Numbered from the stretch's first letter, positions 1 to 10,475 are shown. The stretch: DNA of 64,000 bases from Marispirochaeta sp. (GCA_963676835.2 CAXXFF010000002.1:768001-832000), one strand, 5' to 3'. Numbers and translations are program-made. The notes: generated by a model from the sequence alone, not told the origin.

Positions 1-313
1 CCCAGATGAGGGCATGTTCGTTTTTAATCTGATCAAAGGTCAGCCCGGTGAGAATGCCTACATTCCGTTCCCGTAACCTTATATCGGCCAGGGGTTCAAG
101 ACTGCAGGCTCTTCCGATACGGGCTGCTGTAGATGCAGCCCGTCCCAGATCACTTGTGTATATTGCCTCGGGGGAGAGCCTGGCAAGACGGCGTCCCAGA
201 AGATCGGCCTGATGTTCTCCGGAGGGAGTCAGACTGCTGTCTGCCTGTCCCTGAAAGCGCATCTCCGTATTCCATTGGGTCTCCCCGTGGCGAATTATTA
301 GCAGTTCGGTCAC
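1..313 (-). CDS. Histidine phosphatase (phosphoglycerate mutase family), 3' end outside window
   Basis: Own translation from GTG at 313: MTELLIIRHGETQWNTEMRFQGQADSSLT...YTSDLGRA..RLRERNVG. RHG motif; GAGG RBS upstream. Not in the ORF track. Confidence 0.9.
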   Translation of the reverse strand, partial: MTELLIIRHGETQWNTEMRFQGQADSSLTPSGEHQADLLGRRLARLSPEAIYTSDLGRAASTAARIGRACSLEPLADIRLRERNVGILTGLTFDQIKNEHALIW

Positions 314-328
314 AGAATCCTCAAAAGA

Positions 329-1414
329 TCAGCCGATTTTTGCGGCGATAAGATCTCCGATCTCTTTTGTTCCCACCTGCTTCATGCCGGCGGACATAAT
401 ATCGCCGGTGCGGTAGCCCTCATCGAGAACGGATTCTATGGCGCCGTAAATATCATCATAGGCCTGGTCCATGCCGAAGCTGTATTTCAGCATCATCCCC
501 GCAGAAAGAATCTGGGCGATGGGGTTGGCAACACCCTTTCCGGCAATATCAGGGGCAGATCCGCCGGAGGGCTCATAGAGTCCGAAGGGAAGATCGCCCT
601 CTGCGGCTTCAGCCAGGGAGGCGGAGGGAAGCATACCCAGAGAACCGGTAATCATGCTTGCTTCGTCGGAGATGATGTCACCGAACATATTGCCGCAGAG
701 CATTACATCGAACTGACGGGGGTTGCGGACCAGCTGCATGGCTGCATTGTCCACGTACATGTGGGTGGTTTCCACTTCGGGGTACTCTTTTGCAAGCTTT
801 GTAACTACATCACGCCAGAGTACCATGGTGGAAAGCACATTGGCTTTGTCTATAGAACAGAGTTTTTTGCCCCGTTTCATGGCGGTGTCATAGGCTACCC
901 GGCCGATGCGTTCAATCTCATCAGCATGGTAAACCATGGTGTCAAATCCCTTTTCGCCGTCATTACCTTTGGGCTGGCCGAAGTAGATACCTCCGGTAAG
1001 TTCCCGGACTACCAGGACATCAAAACCGCCTCCAATGATCTCGCTTTTAAGGGGCGAAGCGTCTTTCAGCTGGGGAAAAACAATGGCGGGACGCAGGTTT
1101 GCGAATAACTTGAAAATCTTCCTGATCGGAAGAAGAGCCGCCCGTTCAGGCTGTTCTTCAGGAGGAAGTGTTTCCCATTTGGGTCCGCCGACAGATCCGA
1201 AGAGAACAGCATCCGAGTTTTTGCAGATATCAACGGTGCTTTCCGGCAGGGCTTTGCCGTGATTATCTATGGCGATACCGCCTACATCGGCCCGTGTAAG
1301 TTCGAAGGATACTTCATATTTCTTTTCAATTGCAGAAAGAACCTTTTCCGCCTCGGCCATTACTTCAGGACCGATTCCGTCGCCGGACAGTACGGCTACT
1401 TTGTACGTCTTCAT
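329..1414 (-). CDS. leuB: 3-isopropylmalate dehydrogenase
   Basis: [50 protein letters not shown] motifs. Start set at MKTYKV, with AAGGAG RBS. Confidence 0.97.
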   Translation of the reverse strand: MKTYKVAVLSGDGIGPEVMAEAEKVLSAIEKKYEVSFELTRADVGGIAIDNHGKALPESTVDICKNSDAVLFGSVGGPKWETLPPEEQPERAALLPIRKIFKLFANLRPAIVFPQLKDASPLKSEIIGGGFDVLVVRELTGGIYFGQPKGNDGEKGFDTMVYHADEIERIGRVAYDTAMKRGKKLCSIDKANVLSTMVLWRDVVTKLAKEYPEVETTHMYVDNAAMQLVRNPRQFDVMLCGNMFGDIISDEASMITGSLGMLPSASLAEAAEGDLPFGLYEPSGGSAPDIAGKGVANPIAQILSAGMMLKYSFGMDQAYDDIYGAIESVLDEGYRTGDIMSAGMKQVGTKEIGDLIAAKIG

Positions 1415-1580
1415 ATTTACTCCTTGAGTACGCTGATGTCCTTGTGGACTTAATAAATACTTAAGTGTTTCCAATTATATTAAAATCCCGGCACTGTTAA
1501 CAGTGCCATAGGGTCACCTATATTAGCCCGCTTTTACCTTTTCTGTGAATAGACTGCTTTCTGTACTCACTGCATATTTC

Positions 1581-1610
1581 TTGACAGATTTCAGTACGTA
1601 CCCGCATAAT
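1581..1610 (+). promoter_or_regulatory. Sigma70-like promoter for the 1676 gene and the activase
   Basis: TTGACA (1581-1586), 18 bp spacer, CATAAT (1605-1610). Confidence 0.55.
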
Positions 1611-1675
1611 TATACGTAACAAAAATCTGGTATGTACTAAGTCTGCACTATTCTTGAATAAGAGGGGAGTACTGT

Positions 1676-2152
1676 ATGTCGAAAAGGATCACCCTGAGCA
1701 TTCCCGACGGGCTGCACCGGCAGCTAGATCAGTGGCGAAACAGTTTTAATCTGAGCAGAATCTTTCAGGATGCCCTGGGAGAACTTATACGCAGGAAAGA
1801 ATCCCTCCGGGAAGCAGTGCATCATGATCTGCCCCAGATTATCTCCCGGCTGAAACGGGAAAAGGCCGAGACGGAACGGAGCTGGTATTCCCTTGGCATG
1901 GAAGCCGGGCTTGCGTGGGCCAAATCCGCACACTGGCTTGAACTCCGGCAGGCAGCAGAAGCAGCACCGGAAAGTCTGCTCAGCTCCGGAAGCAGTGCAG
2001 GTTCCTGTCTGAAAGATCTTCTGAGGGCTGAAGAAAAAAACAGTCAGATATCTGCAGAATTAGAGGCGTTCCGTGCCGCATATTCCGAAGGCTGGCTCCG
2101 GGGAGTCCATGACTTCTGGAGTCTGGTTCAGGATCAGCTCGGGGAAGGATAA
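1676..2152 (+). CDS. Hypothetical protein with ribbon-helix-helix-like N-terminus, possible regulator
   Basis: MSKRITLSIPDGLHRQLDQWRNSFNLSRIFQDAL has the beta-alpha-alpha pattern of RHH proteins; GGGGAG RBS. Confidence 0.6.
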   Translation: MSKRITLSIPDGLHRQLDQWRNSFNLSRIFQDALGELIRRKESLREAVHHDLPQIISRLKREKAETERSWYSLGMEAGLAWAKSAHWLELRQAAEAAPESLLSSGSSAGSCLKDLLRAEEKNSQISAELEAFRAAYSEGWLRGVHDFWSLVQDQLGEG

Positions 2153-2222
2153 ATTATAAAGAACGGGAATTGATAACAGTAGAAAAAGGGATAGGAATAC
2201 AGGAAAAAAATTGAGGTAAAAT

Positions 2223-5200
2223 ATGGTAGAGCAGTCGGAGATAATCGGTCTTGATATTGGTTCAGTAACAGTCAGTCTTGTAGGTGTTGATGCCGACGGC
2301 GCTGTGTCGGCCCGGGAATCCCTGGTTCACGGGGGGTATGTCAAGAAAGCTGTGGATAGCCTGCTTGCCGGCTGGAGCGGCCGAATCGCGCTTACCGGAC
2401 TTCCTGCTGTGGATCTTGTTCCAGATCTCAAAGTAAATTCTCAAGTAGCTCTTATCCGGGGAGTACGGCAGCTGATGCCGGAAGTAAGAACCCTTGTCTA
2501 TGCCGGTGGTGAACGGTTCGGTCTTCTTGGTTTTGATGAAGACGGAAGCTATACCCATTTTAAGGGCAATCCGGCTTGTGCCGCAGGAACCGGGAGCTTT
2601 CTTGACCAGCAGGCTGAGCGGCTGGGACTGAAGAACAGTGCGGAACTGGCAGATCTGGCGGAAGGTAATAAGGGTGAAATCCCGCGCATAGCTACACGAT
2701 GTGCTGTTTTTGCCAAAACCGATCTTATTCACGCCCAACAGGAGGGCTGGAGTCTTGAGGCTATTTGTGACGGTCTCTGCAATGGTCTTGCGAGAAACCT
2801 TGCGGATACCCTGTTTGACCGTGAAATAGCCGTTCCTGCGGTTTTTGCCGGCGGCCTTGCCCTCAACCGGGCTGTGATGAGGCATCTGGGAGATATCTGC
2901 AATATTCATTTTATTACCGATGCAAATATGTCCATCAGCTTTGCGGCTTACGGAGCGGCACTGGAGCTTCGGGATAATTTGTCTGCACCATCCTTTACGC
3001 CGGTTTCTTCCGGGGCTTCTGTTGAGAAGGAATCCGGGCGTACTGGTCAGGTTTATCCTCCTTTGCTGCTCCAGCTGAGCGAGTATCCGGATTTTGATGA
3101 GCATCAAAGCTATACCTTTGAACCACCTGCGGGGACCGGGACCGGTCTTGTAGAAGTGGATGTTTACCGTGAAGGCGAAGACGGTATAGACCTCTACCTC
3201 GGTGTGGATGTGGGGTCAACTTCAACAAAAGCTGCTTTGATAGATACCAGCAGACAGGTTCTTGCAGGATTCTATACCCGTACAGCTGGCCGCCCAGTAG
3301 AGGCTTTGAAAGGTATTCTTGCTGCCATTGAGGATCTTTCCCGGTGCAGCGGCAGCGAATACAACATACTCGGCAGCGCAACCACCGGTTCCGGCAGGAA
3401 GCTTGCCGGGGCAATCCTGGGAGCAGATACCATACTCGATGAGATCAGTGCCCACGCTTTAGCAGCCTGTGAAATAGACAGTGAAGTGGATACCATTATA
3501 GAGATCGGCGGTCAGGATGCGAAGTTTACCACCTTGAAGCACGGCCGGGTTACCTCTTCGATAATGAACAATGTATGTGCCGCCGGTACAGGCAGTTTTC
3601 TTGAAGAACAGGGGCAGAAGCTTGGCGTAGCCATAACCGAGTATGCCGCAAGGACCGAAGGTATAAGGGCCCCTCTTGCCAGTGACCGCTGTACCGTATT
3701 CATGCAGAGGGATTTGAATCATCTGCTGGCTGAGGGTTGGACGGTGGATGAAGTTCTGGCATCGGCGCTGCATGCGGTGCGGGAAAACTACCTGCAGAAA
3801 GTGGCTGTTGAAAACAGAATAGGCAGAAAAGTATTTTTTCAGGGGGCCACGGCCAAAATCCGGACCCTGGTTGCCGCCTTTGAACAGAAGCTCAATCAGC
3901 CTGTGCTGGTTTCTCCCGTATGCCACCTTACCGGTGCTTTGGGGGCGGCTCTGGAGCTGGCTGACCGCAGGGTTATAACAGACCGGTTTCGCGGTCTTGA
4001 TATCTGGCGCGGGGAGATCCCGGTAAAAACCGAAGTGTGTGAGCTCTGTACCAACCACTGCAAGTTGACGGTGGTAAAAGCCGGCGGTGAGACCGCCGCC
4101 TTCGGTTTTCTCTGCGGCAGGGATTATGAGGATAAAAAGTATGTAAAGGAGAAGAACAGCGGTTTCAGTCTTGAGGGGGCGGTAAAAAAAGCCGCCGGCA
4201 GAGATCCTTCTCCGGCAGATCCGGTTGAGCATATTACCCTGGGACTTCCATCAGGCCTTTATCTCAGGGAAGATATGGTTTACTGGAAGCATTTTTTTGC
4301 TGAACTGGGAATTCCGCTTGTTAGCGGAGACACCCTTTCCGGGACGCTCCAGGAGGGACGGAGGTTTACCCGCTCGGAATTTTGTGCCCCTCTTACGGAA
4401 CTCCACGGACAGGTTCATATGCTGGCGGAGCAGTGTGATCATGTATTTCTCCCGGTCTACACGGAAACCAGCAGGGATAAAAAAGATCTCAGAAAATTCT
4501 GTTACTACAGCCAGTTTGCCCCTGCCATGCTCGCCCAGCAGTTTCCCCGGGGAAAGATCCTTACCCCGGTGGTCAAGTCTCTCAGCCTGCCCTTTAAATC
4601 TCAGGTTGAACTGTACCGGATGTTAAAAAATCTCGGCAGCAGCAGACATTACACTTTCCTTCAGATAAACCGGGCTATGGAAATCGCCCAAACAGCGGCA
4701 GAACGGTATAAAGAATCACTTTTACAGCGTTTTGCAGAAGAACAGGAGAAGCCAAGTGAAGATATTCAGGTTGTTCTCCTCGGCAGGCCCTATACTGTGC
4801 TTTCCCCTCATATGAATAAAGGAATCCCCGCGATTTTCAGTCGCCTGGGAATTCCCGCATTTTTTCAGGATATGGTTCCTTCGGATGCTGATGCAGCAGC
4901 TGCGGTGAAACCCCTCATAGAGGAGATCCACTGGAATTATGCTTCGGGAATACTTGAGACAACAGAAAGCATTGTCCGCAAGTCCGGTTTTTATCCCGTT
5001 TTTGTAACATCCTTTAAATGTTCACCAGACAGTTATCTGCGCACCTATTTCCGGCAGCTCATGGAAGCGCATGACAAGCCCTATCTCGTTCTGGAACTTG
5101 ATGAACACGGGTCCAGCGTGGGCTATGAAACCCGTATTGAAGCTGCGGTGAGGGCCTTCAGAAATCATCATCATACCGAAAAGCAATCTCAAAGGGAATC

Positions 5201-6464
5201 AATACCCTTCGGCTTCAGAATGCAGGGAAAGATTGATATGAAAGGTATCCTGCCTGACCTGTCCAGAGACCTGAGGGGAAAACCTCTGCTCCTGCCTAAC
5301 TGGGACAGCTATACCATGCCCCTGATTGCGGCAAATCTGCGGCACGAAGGGATTGATGCCCGGGTGCTCGACGAGAGCCAGGATTCCATCCGCCGGGGAC
5401 TGAGCCGTAATGACGGGCAGTGTATTCCCATGAATGCCGTGGCGGAGGAAGCAGTTGCCTATGTGCGGCGGCATAAGCTTGATCCGGCAAAAACCCTGCT
5501 CTGGATGATGAAGTCAGATCTTGCCTGTAATATTGCTATGTATCCACATCATATCCGTACCCTCTTCAGAAGTTATCCGGGAATGGAAGAGCTTGGTGTC
5601 TTCAGTGGGGATATTACCTTCGGGGAGGTTTCCGTTGCAGCCGCGGTAAATACCTACTTCGCCTTTCTTTTCGGCGGGCTCCTGCGCAGAATCGGCTGCA
5701 GGCTTCGTCCCTATGAACAGAACAAAGGGGAGACGGATAGAATTCTTAATGAAAGCCTGGTGCAACTGGAGGAGGCCTTCCTCGGGCAACGGAAAAAGAA
5801 GGAGGTTGTTGAAGAGATTATCCGGAAAGTGGAAGCTATCCGTATACTGCCCGGGGAACGCCGGCAGGTGGCCATCTTCGGGGATATCTATGTCCGTGAT
5901 AACGATGTTTTCAACCAGGGGCTCATCTCATTTATCGAAGAGCATGGCGGTGAAGTTATTACTACCCCCTACAGTCAGTATGCCAAGATGATTGCCGAGG
6001 CCTATTTCCGCCGCTGGTTTGCAGAATCCCGCTTTACTACCCTGATTGCCTTCCGTACCCTGCTTACTGCAGTTGAACTGCTGGAACGGAGCTATCGTAC
6101 CCTCTTTGAGGGCCTGCTCCCTGTTATTGATGAACGCTATGACCAGGACCCTGAAGAGATCCTCAGCCACTTTGACATGCGCATCGAGCAATCCGGGGAA
6201 TCCATGGATAACATACTGAAGGTCTGGTATATAAAAGAGCATTACCCGGATATCTCCCTTTTTGTGCAGACAAGTCCCGGGTTCTGCTGCGCAGGGCTGA
6301 TAACGGAAGCCATGGCTGACAGGATTGAAGAGGTGACGGGTGTTCCGGTGGTTTGTCTCACCTATGATGGAACCGGGGGGAATCCCAATGAAACGCTGGT
6401 TCCCTACCTGCGATTTCCCCGTAAAGAGGAGGATGGTGCGGGAGTTGATCTGCAGTACGGCTGA
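2223..6464 (+). CDS. Multidomain acyl-CoA dehydratase activase (two BadF/BcrA ASKHA ATPase domains plus DUF2229-like region)
   Basis: GLDIGSVT and GVDVGSTSTK, two CAAGTGSFL motifs, RCAVFA and RCTVFM, IEIGGQDAK, CELCTNHC. Confidence 0.9.
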   Translation: MVEQSEIIGLDIGSVTVSLVGVDADGAVSARESLVHGGYVKKAVDSLLAGWSGRIALTGLPAVDLVPDLKVNSQVALIRGVRQLMPEVRTLVYAGGERFGLLGFDEDGSYTHFKGNPACAAGTGSFLDQQAERLGLKNSAELADLAEGNKGEIPRIATRCAVFAKTDLIHAQQEGWSLEAICDGLCNGLARNLADTLFDREIAVPAVFAGGLALNRAVMRHLGDICNIHFITDANMSISFAAYGAALELRDNLSAPSFTPVSSGASVEKESGRTGQVYPPLLLQLSEYPDFDEHQSYTFEPPAGTGTGLVEVDVYREGEDGIDLYLGVDVGSTSTKAALIDTSRQVLAGFYTRTAGRPVEALKGILAAIEDLSRCSGSEYNILGSATTGSGRKLAGAILGADTILDEISAHALAACEIDSEVDTIIEIGGQDAKFTTLKHGRVTSSIMNNVCAAGTGSFLEEQGQKLGVAITEYAARTEGIRAPLASDRCTVFMQRDLNHLLAEGWTVDEVLASALHAVRENYLQKVAVENRIGRKVFFQGATAKIRTLVAAFEQKLNQPVLVSPVCHLTGALGAALELADRRVITDRFRGLDIWRGEIPVKTEVCELCTNHCKLTVVKAGGETAAFGFLCGRDYEDKKYVKEKNSGFSLEGAVKKAAGRDPSPADPVEHITLGLPSGLYLREDMVYWKHFFAELGIPLVSGDTLSGTLQEGRRFTRSEFCAPLTELHGQVHMLAEQCDHVFLPVYTETSRDKKDLRKFCYYSQFAPAMLAQQFPRGKILTPVVKSLSLPFKSQVELYRMLKNLGSSRHYTFLQINRAMEIAQTAAERYKESLLQRFAEEQEKPSEDIQVVLLGRPYTVLSPHMNKGIPAIFSRLGIPAFFQDMVPSDADAAAAVKPLIEEIHWNYASGILETTESIVRKSGFYPVFVTSFKCSPDSYLRTYFRQLMEAHDKPYLVLELDEHGSSVGYETRIEAAVRAFRNHHHTEKQSQRESIPFGFRMQGKIDMKGILPDLSRDLRGKPLLLPNWDSYTMPLIAANLRHEGIDARVLDESQDSIRRGLSRNDGQCIPMNAVAEEAVAYVRRHKLDPAKTLLWMMKSDLACNIAMYPHHIRTLFRSYPGMEELGVFSGDITFGEVSVAAAVNTYFAFLFGGLLRRIGCRLRPYEQNKGETDRILNESLVQLEEAFLGQRKKKEVVEEIIRKVEAIRILPGERRQVAIFGDIYVRDNDVFNQGLISFIEEHGGEVITTPYSQYAKMIAEAYFRRWFAESRFTTLIAFRTLLTAVELLERSYRTLFEGLLPVIDERYDQDPEEILSHFDMRIEQSGESMDNILKVWYIKEHYPDISLFVQTSPGFCCAGLITEAMADRIEEVTGVPVVCLTYDGTGGNPNETLVPYLRFPRKEEDGAGVDLQYG

Positions 6465-6550
6465 AATTTTTGGAAGTGCCCCGGTATTAAGCCTTGCGTT
6501 TGCCGTACCGGCGAACTACTCTTAATGCAAAGAATAGTGCGGGTGAATTT

Positions 6551-7477
6551 ATGAATATAGATGCCTCCGGTTTAGTGCAAATTGTCCTCATTGTATCCAT
6601 TCTGCTGCAGCTGGCATCAGCTGTCTACGCGCTGCTGTTGATCCGTCAGTCCGGCTTCCTCCGTCCCTGGCTGCTGGTGTCGGCTTCAATTCTGTTAATG
6701 GCTGTCCGCAGGATTATCAGTTTCTGCCAGATGTCTGCTGCAAAAGATTTCCCTGCATCTGCCCTTGAACCCGAACTGGTCGCGCTGGTTATTTCCATTC
6801 TGATGCTGATCGGCCTTCTCTTTCTTGGTCCTGCATTCCGCATGATACGCATTCAGCGGGAGGTTGAGGTAAAAAAGAAGGATTTTCTGATTCGGGAATC
6901 ACATCATAATGTGAAGAATAATCTTCAGATGCTCAAAGGTCTGATCAGCCTGCAGGGTATTTCCGCGCCCAGCCCTGAAATACAGGAAACATTAAAGGAA
7001 CTGGAGCTGCGGATCGGTTCGTTTCTGCTCCTCCATGAGCAGGTTTATGCAGACACGGGAGATGGTGTTTCTTTACGGGCATATATTCATGCCCTTGTCT
7101 CCGCTGTTGTCGGGGCCTACTCCCATATGAAGGTGGGAATGGTTCTGGATATAGAAGATCTGTACCTCCCGGGAAGAGATCTGATCTCCTGTGGTGTTAT
7201 CGTCAATGAAGCCCTGACCAATTCCTATAAATATGCCTTCTCCGGCAGCGATGATCAGCAGATCAGCATTACAGCAGGCAGGGAAGGGGAACGGGGTTTT
7301 CTTGTTATAAAAGATAACGGCAGAGGTTTCTCAGTTAAAGAGAAAACCGGGGCCGGCCCGGGAGCCTCTTTCGGTCTGACTCTGATGCAGGCTTTGGGCA
7401 AAAATGCCGGCTGGAATCTGGAGATTGACGGGAGTAACGGGACTATAGTTAAGGTAAGTTTTCCTATCACAGCATAA
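6551..7477 (+). CDS. Membrane sensor histidine kinase (HisKA_2/HWE-like)
   Basis: N-terminal TM helices, ESHHNVKNNLQ H-box, NEALTNSYKYAF, DNGRGF, FGLTL. Confidence 0.9.
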   Translation: MNIDASGLVQIVLIVSILLQLASAVYALLLIRQSGFLRPWLLVSASILLMAVRRIISFCQMSAAKDFPASALEPELVALVISILMLIGLLFLGPAFRMIRIQREVEVKKKDFLIRESHHNVKNNLQMLKGLISLQGISAPSPEIQETLKELELRIGSFLLLHEQVYADTGDGVSLRAYIHALVSAVVGAYSHMKVGMVLDIEDLYLPGRDLISCGVIVNEALTNSYKYAFSGSDDQQISITAGREGERGFLVIKDNGRGFSVKEKTGAGPGASFGLTLMQALGKNAGWNLEIDGSNGTIVKVSFPITA

Positions 7478-7486
7478 TGCAGACAC

Positions 7487-7514
7487 AAAAAAACCGGGCG
7501 GTGAAGCCCGGTTT
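7487..7514. terminator. Intrinsic terminator between convergent genes, U-tract on the minus strand
   Basis: AAACCGGGC-ggtgaa-GCCCGGTTT preceded by an A run. Confidence 0.8.
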
Positions 7515-7537
7515 GTATTGTTTACGAATCATAGACG

Positions 7538-9022
7538 CTATTTATTCAAAAGCTCATTTATGCTTGCGGCAGCCTTGCGTCCTTCGCCCATGGCAAGAAT
7601 AACCGTTGCTGCTCCAAGTACTATATCGCCTCCGGCAAATACCTTATCCATACTGGTTTTTCCGTTTTCATCGGCAATAATATTTCCCCGTCTGTCGGTA
7701 TCCAGACCGGGAGTTGTCTTCTCGATGAGAGGGTTGGAGTTGTTGCCGATGGCGACAATTACGGTATCAACATCCATCTCATATTCTGATCCGGGGATTT
7801 CCACCGGACGGCGGCGGCCGGATTCATCCGGTTCTCCCAGTTCGTACTTCAGCACTTCCAGAGCGCGGACTCTGCCCTTTTCTCCTTCCAGGATCCGTTT
7901 GGGGTTGCGCAGAAGGTGAAAATTTACACCCTCCTCCCTGGCGTGGGCAACTTCCTCCACCCGGGCGGGCATCTCTTTTTCCGTCCGGCGGTAGATTATA
8001 TGTACTTCATCCGCTCCCATGCGCACCGCGCTGCGGGCTGCATCCATGGCAACGTTTCCTCCGCCGAGAACCGCAACCTTTCTTGCCTGGTAAATCGGAG
8101 TGTCTGAGCGTTCTTTGTCATAGGCTTTCATAAGGTTGACCCGGGTAAGGTACTCGTTGGCGGAGAAGACACCGATAAGGTTCTCCCCTTCAAGACCCAT
8201 GAACTTCGGCAGTCCTGCTCCGGTACCTATAAATACTGCATCGAAGCCGTCATGTTCCAGCATGCTCTGGATGGTACGGGTGCGGCCTACCAGAAAGTTG
8301 GTTTCCAGTTTGACACCCATTTTTTCCAGGGCTTCTATTTCATCCGCAACGATCTGCTTGGGGAGCCTGAACTCGGGGATTCCGTAGATCATTACCCCGC
8401 CGGGTTTGTGAAAAGCCTCAAACATGTGAACTTCATGGCCTTCCCGGCGTACATCGGCGGCAACGGTAATAGATGCAGGGCCGGACCCGATGATGGCGAC
8501 CTTTTTTCCGGTTTCGGGCTTTACTTCCGGCGCAGCGTTTTTACCGTTGGCTGCTGCCCAGTCGGCTACAAAGCGTTCTATGCGGCCGATTGATACGGCT
8601 TGATCCACGTCTTTCAGGGATTTTCCCACAGTACAGGTAAGCTGGCACTGGTTTTCCTGGGGACAGACCCGTCCACAGATAGCCGGCAGCAGGCTGGTTT
8701 TCTTTATAACTCCCAGGGACTTTTCGTAGTCTCCTTCGGCGGCTGCCTTGATAAATCCGGGGATATCGATCTGAACCGGGCATCCGGCCACGCAGGGTGC
8801 GGTTTTGCACTGTAGACAGCGCTCTGCTTCCACCTTTACCTGCTCTTCGAAATAGCCCAGAGCAACCTCGGCCATATTATGCCTTCTGACTGTCGGGTCC
8901 TGGGCAGGCATCTCCTGCCGGGGAAGGGCGAGGCGGTCTTTCGGTTTCAGCGCACTGCCGTTGAGGTCTGCGGCAATTCTGACCGCTTCTTTTTTCAGCT
9001 CTTCTGCGGGGATAAAGCTCAT
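7538..9022 (-). CDS. nfnB: NfnB/SudA-type flavoprotein (often annotated NADPH-dependent glutamate synthase, homotetrameric)
   Basis: RCLQC..PCVAGCPV, CGRVCPQENQC, GSGPAS, YGIPEFRLPK, GGGNVAMDAAR, GAATVILAMGEG. ATGA overlap with the upstream gene. Confidence 0.88.
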   Translation of the reverse strand: MSFIPAEELKKEAVRIAADLNGSALKPKDRLALPRQEMPAQDPTVRRHNMAEVALGYFEEQVKVEAERCLQCKTAPCVAGCPVQIDIPGFIKAAAEGDYEKSLGVIKKTSLLPAICGRVCPQENQCQLTCTVGKSLKDVDQAVSIGRIERFVADWAAANGKNAAPEVKPETGKKVAIIGSGPASITVAADVRREGHEVHMFEAFHKPGGVMIYGIPEFRLPKQIVADEIEALEKMGVKLETNFLVGRTRTIQSMLEHDGFDAVFIGTGAGLPKFMGLEGENLIGVFSANEYLTRVNLMKAYDKERSDTPIYQARKVAVLGGGNVAMDAARSAVRMGADEVHIIYRRTEKEMPARVEEVAHAREEGVNFHLLRNPKRILEGEKGRVRALEVLKYELGEPDESGRRRPVEIPGSEYEMDVDTVIVAIGNNSNPLIEKTTPGLDTDRRGNIIADENGKTSMDKVFAGGDIVLGAATVILAMGEGRKAAASINELLNK

Positions 9023-9882
9023 TCTGCTCCCTCCAGGTTGCGGTTCTTTATATCCATTTCGAGATGACACTGGTCATGATCGTGCTGTTCCTGTCCCTTG
9101 TATGAACCAAGGCGGAGGAGCATGTTGTCAAAATCTACAAGGTGGCCGTCAAACTCGGGTCCGTCTACGCAGACAAACTTTGTCTCACCGCCCACGGTAA
9201 CCCGGCAGCCGCCGCACATACCTGTGCCGTCTACCATAATGGTGTTAAGGCTGACAACGGTATGTACATCGTAGGGGCGGGTTGTTTCGGCGCAGAATTT
9301 CATCATGATAGGAGGACCGATGGCTACAGCGAGATCGGGCTTGGGGTTCTGCTCACACAGTTCCTTCAGGGGAACAGTGACCAGATCCTTGCGACCGTAG
9401 CTGCCGTCGTCGGTGCAGATGATAAGCTCATCGGCGATCTTCTTCATCTCGTCTTCCATAATCAGAAGCTCTTTGTTGCGGGCTCCCATTATGATGATTA
9501 CCTTATTGCCCGCGGCCTTCAGTGCCTGGGCAATGGGGTGCATGGGGGCCACTCCGATACCACCGCCAACACAGATGGCTGTACCGAAGTTTTCAATATG
9601 AGTCGGCTGTCCCAGTGGTCCCAGAACGTTCTGAATATGATCGCCGGGATTGAGTTCTGCCAGCAGGTGGGTTGTCCGGCCCACGGTCTGAAAGATTATT
9701 GTGACGCTTCCTTCTTCGGGGTCTGCGTCTGCGATAGTTAAGGGTATACGTTCGCCGAACTCTGTATCCAGCTGAATGATGATAAACTGTCCAGCCTTAC
9801 GCTCCCTGGCAATTAGAGGCGCTTCAAATTTCATGCGGAATACTTCCGCGGATAGCTGCTGTTTCTCAAGGATTTTTTTCAC
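9019..9882 (-). CDS. nfnA: NfnA/SudB-type ferredoxin-NADP reductase subunit
   Basis: GERIPLTIAD, GPLG, GGGIGVAP, IGPPIMMKFC, MVDGTGMCGGCRV..CVDGPEFDG. GTG start with AAGGAG RBS. Confidence 0.88.
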   Translation of the reverse strand: MKKILEKQQLSAEVFRMKFEAPLIARERKAGQFIIIQLDTEFGERIPLTIADADPEEGSVTIIFQTVGRTTHLLAELNPGDHIQNVLGPLGQPTHIENFGTAICVGGGIGVAPMHPIAQALKAAGNKVIIIMGARNKELLIMEDEMKKIADELIICTDDGSYGRKDLVTVPLKELCEQNPKPDLAVAIGPPIMMKFCAETTRPYDVHTVVSLNTIMVDGTGMCGGCRVTVGGETKFVCVDGPEFDGHLVDFDNMLLRLGSYKGQEQHDHDQCHLEMDIKNRNLEGAE

Positions 9883-10098
9883 CAGGAAGCTCCTTGTTCC
9901 GGTCTTTGGGATGTGTAGAAACAGTTTATACAAAGAAAAAATTGTTTCAAGAGAGTATTATACAAAAGGAAAGAGAATTTTTGTACCGGTCTCACCCCGG
10001 GGACTGTAATTTAGAACGTTCCAAAATAGGGGATTGTATTAATTTTACTTGTATATCAGTTAACTGTCTGATTCTCTACAGCTGTTCAACTTTGAAGA

Positions 10099-10157
10099 GG
10101 GACGGAGGTTCAGGTTTTCAGGTTTCCGGTTATGTTCTAAAGAGGGACGGAGGTTTT
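10099..10157 (+). repeat. Two intergenic copies of AGAGGGACGGAGGTT; degenerate third copy near 10194
   Basis: GGGACGGAGG at 10099 and 10144, identical to the copies next to the HUH nuclease gene. Confidence 0.85.
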
Positions 10158-10312
10158 GACTATTAGAATATTTTCGGGGTGGTAAGAAATGATGGGAGAC
10201 GAAGGTTTAAAACAGCAAAAAGAGGAAGATCGTGACGTTTAAATTTAACTGTACAGTAACTTGAGTAAAATCAGATAGAACACGGGGGACGCTGTGTTAT
10301 GAGCGTGGAAAA

Positions 10313-10453
10313 CGCGCCGGATCGGAAGGGTACCCGCAGGGTATCCTGCACCAAAAGTACCGACGAACTTTTGGTGCAGGACGGAGTCGGGCCGTGCCGC
10401 ACCTTGCAGGCACGGTAGGGACCCGACGGAGCCCTGCAGAGCCGGGTTACGCG
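10313..10453. other. GC-rich nested inverted-repeat element (possible structured RNA or small mobile repeat)
   Basis: Perfect 15-bp stem 10344-10358/10367-10381, plus stems GCAGGG/CCCTGC, GTCGGG/CCCGAC and CCGTGCC/GGCACGG. Confidence 0.6.
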
Positions 10454-10475
10454 CAGAAGAAAAAATCTCTTCTGT

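Noticed and set aside
10090..10215. Possible mini-CRISPR array (repeats about 45-50 bp apart)
   Set aside because: The repeat is only about 15 bp with two intact copies, and there are no cas genes in the window
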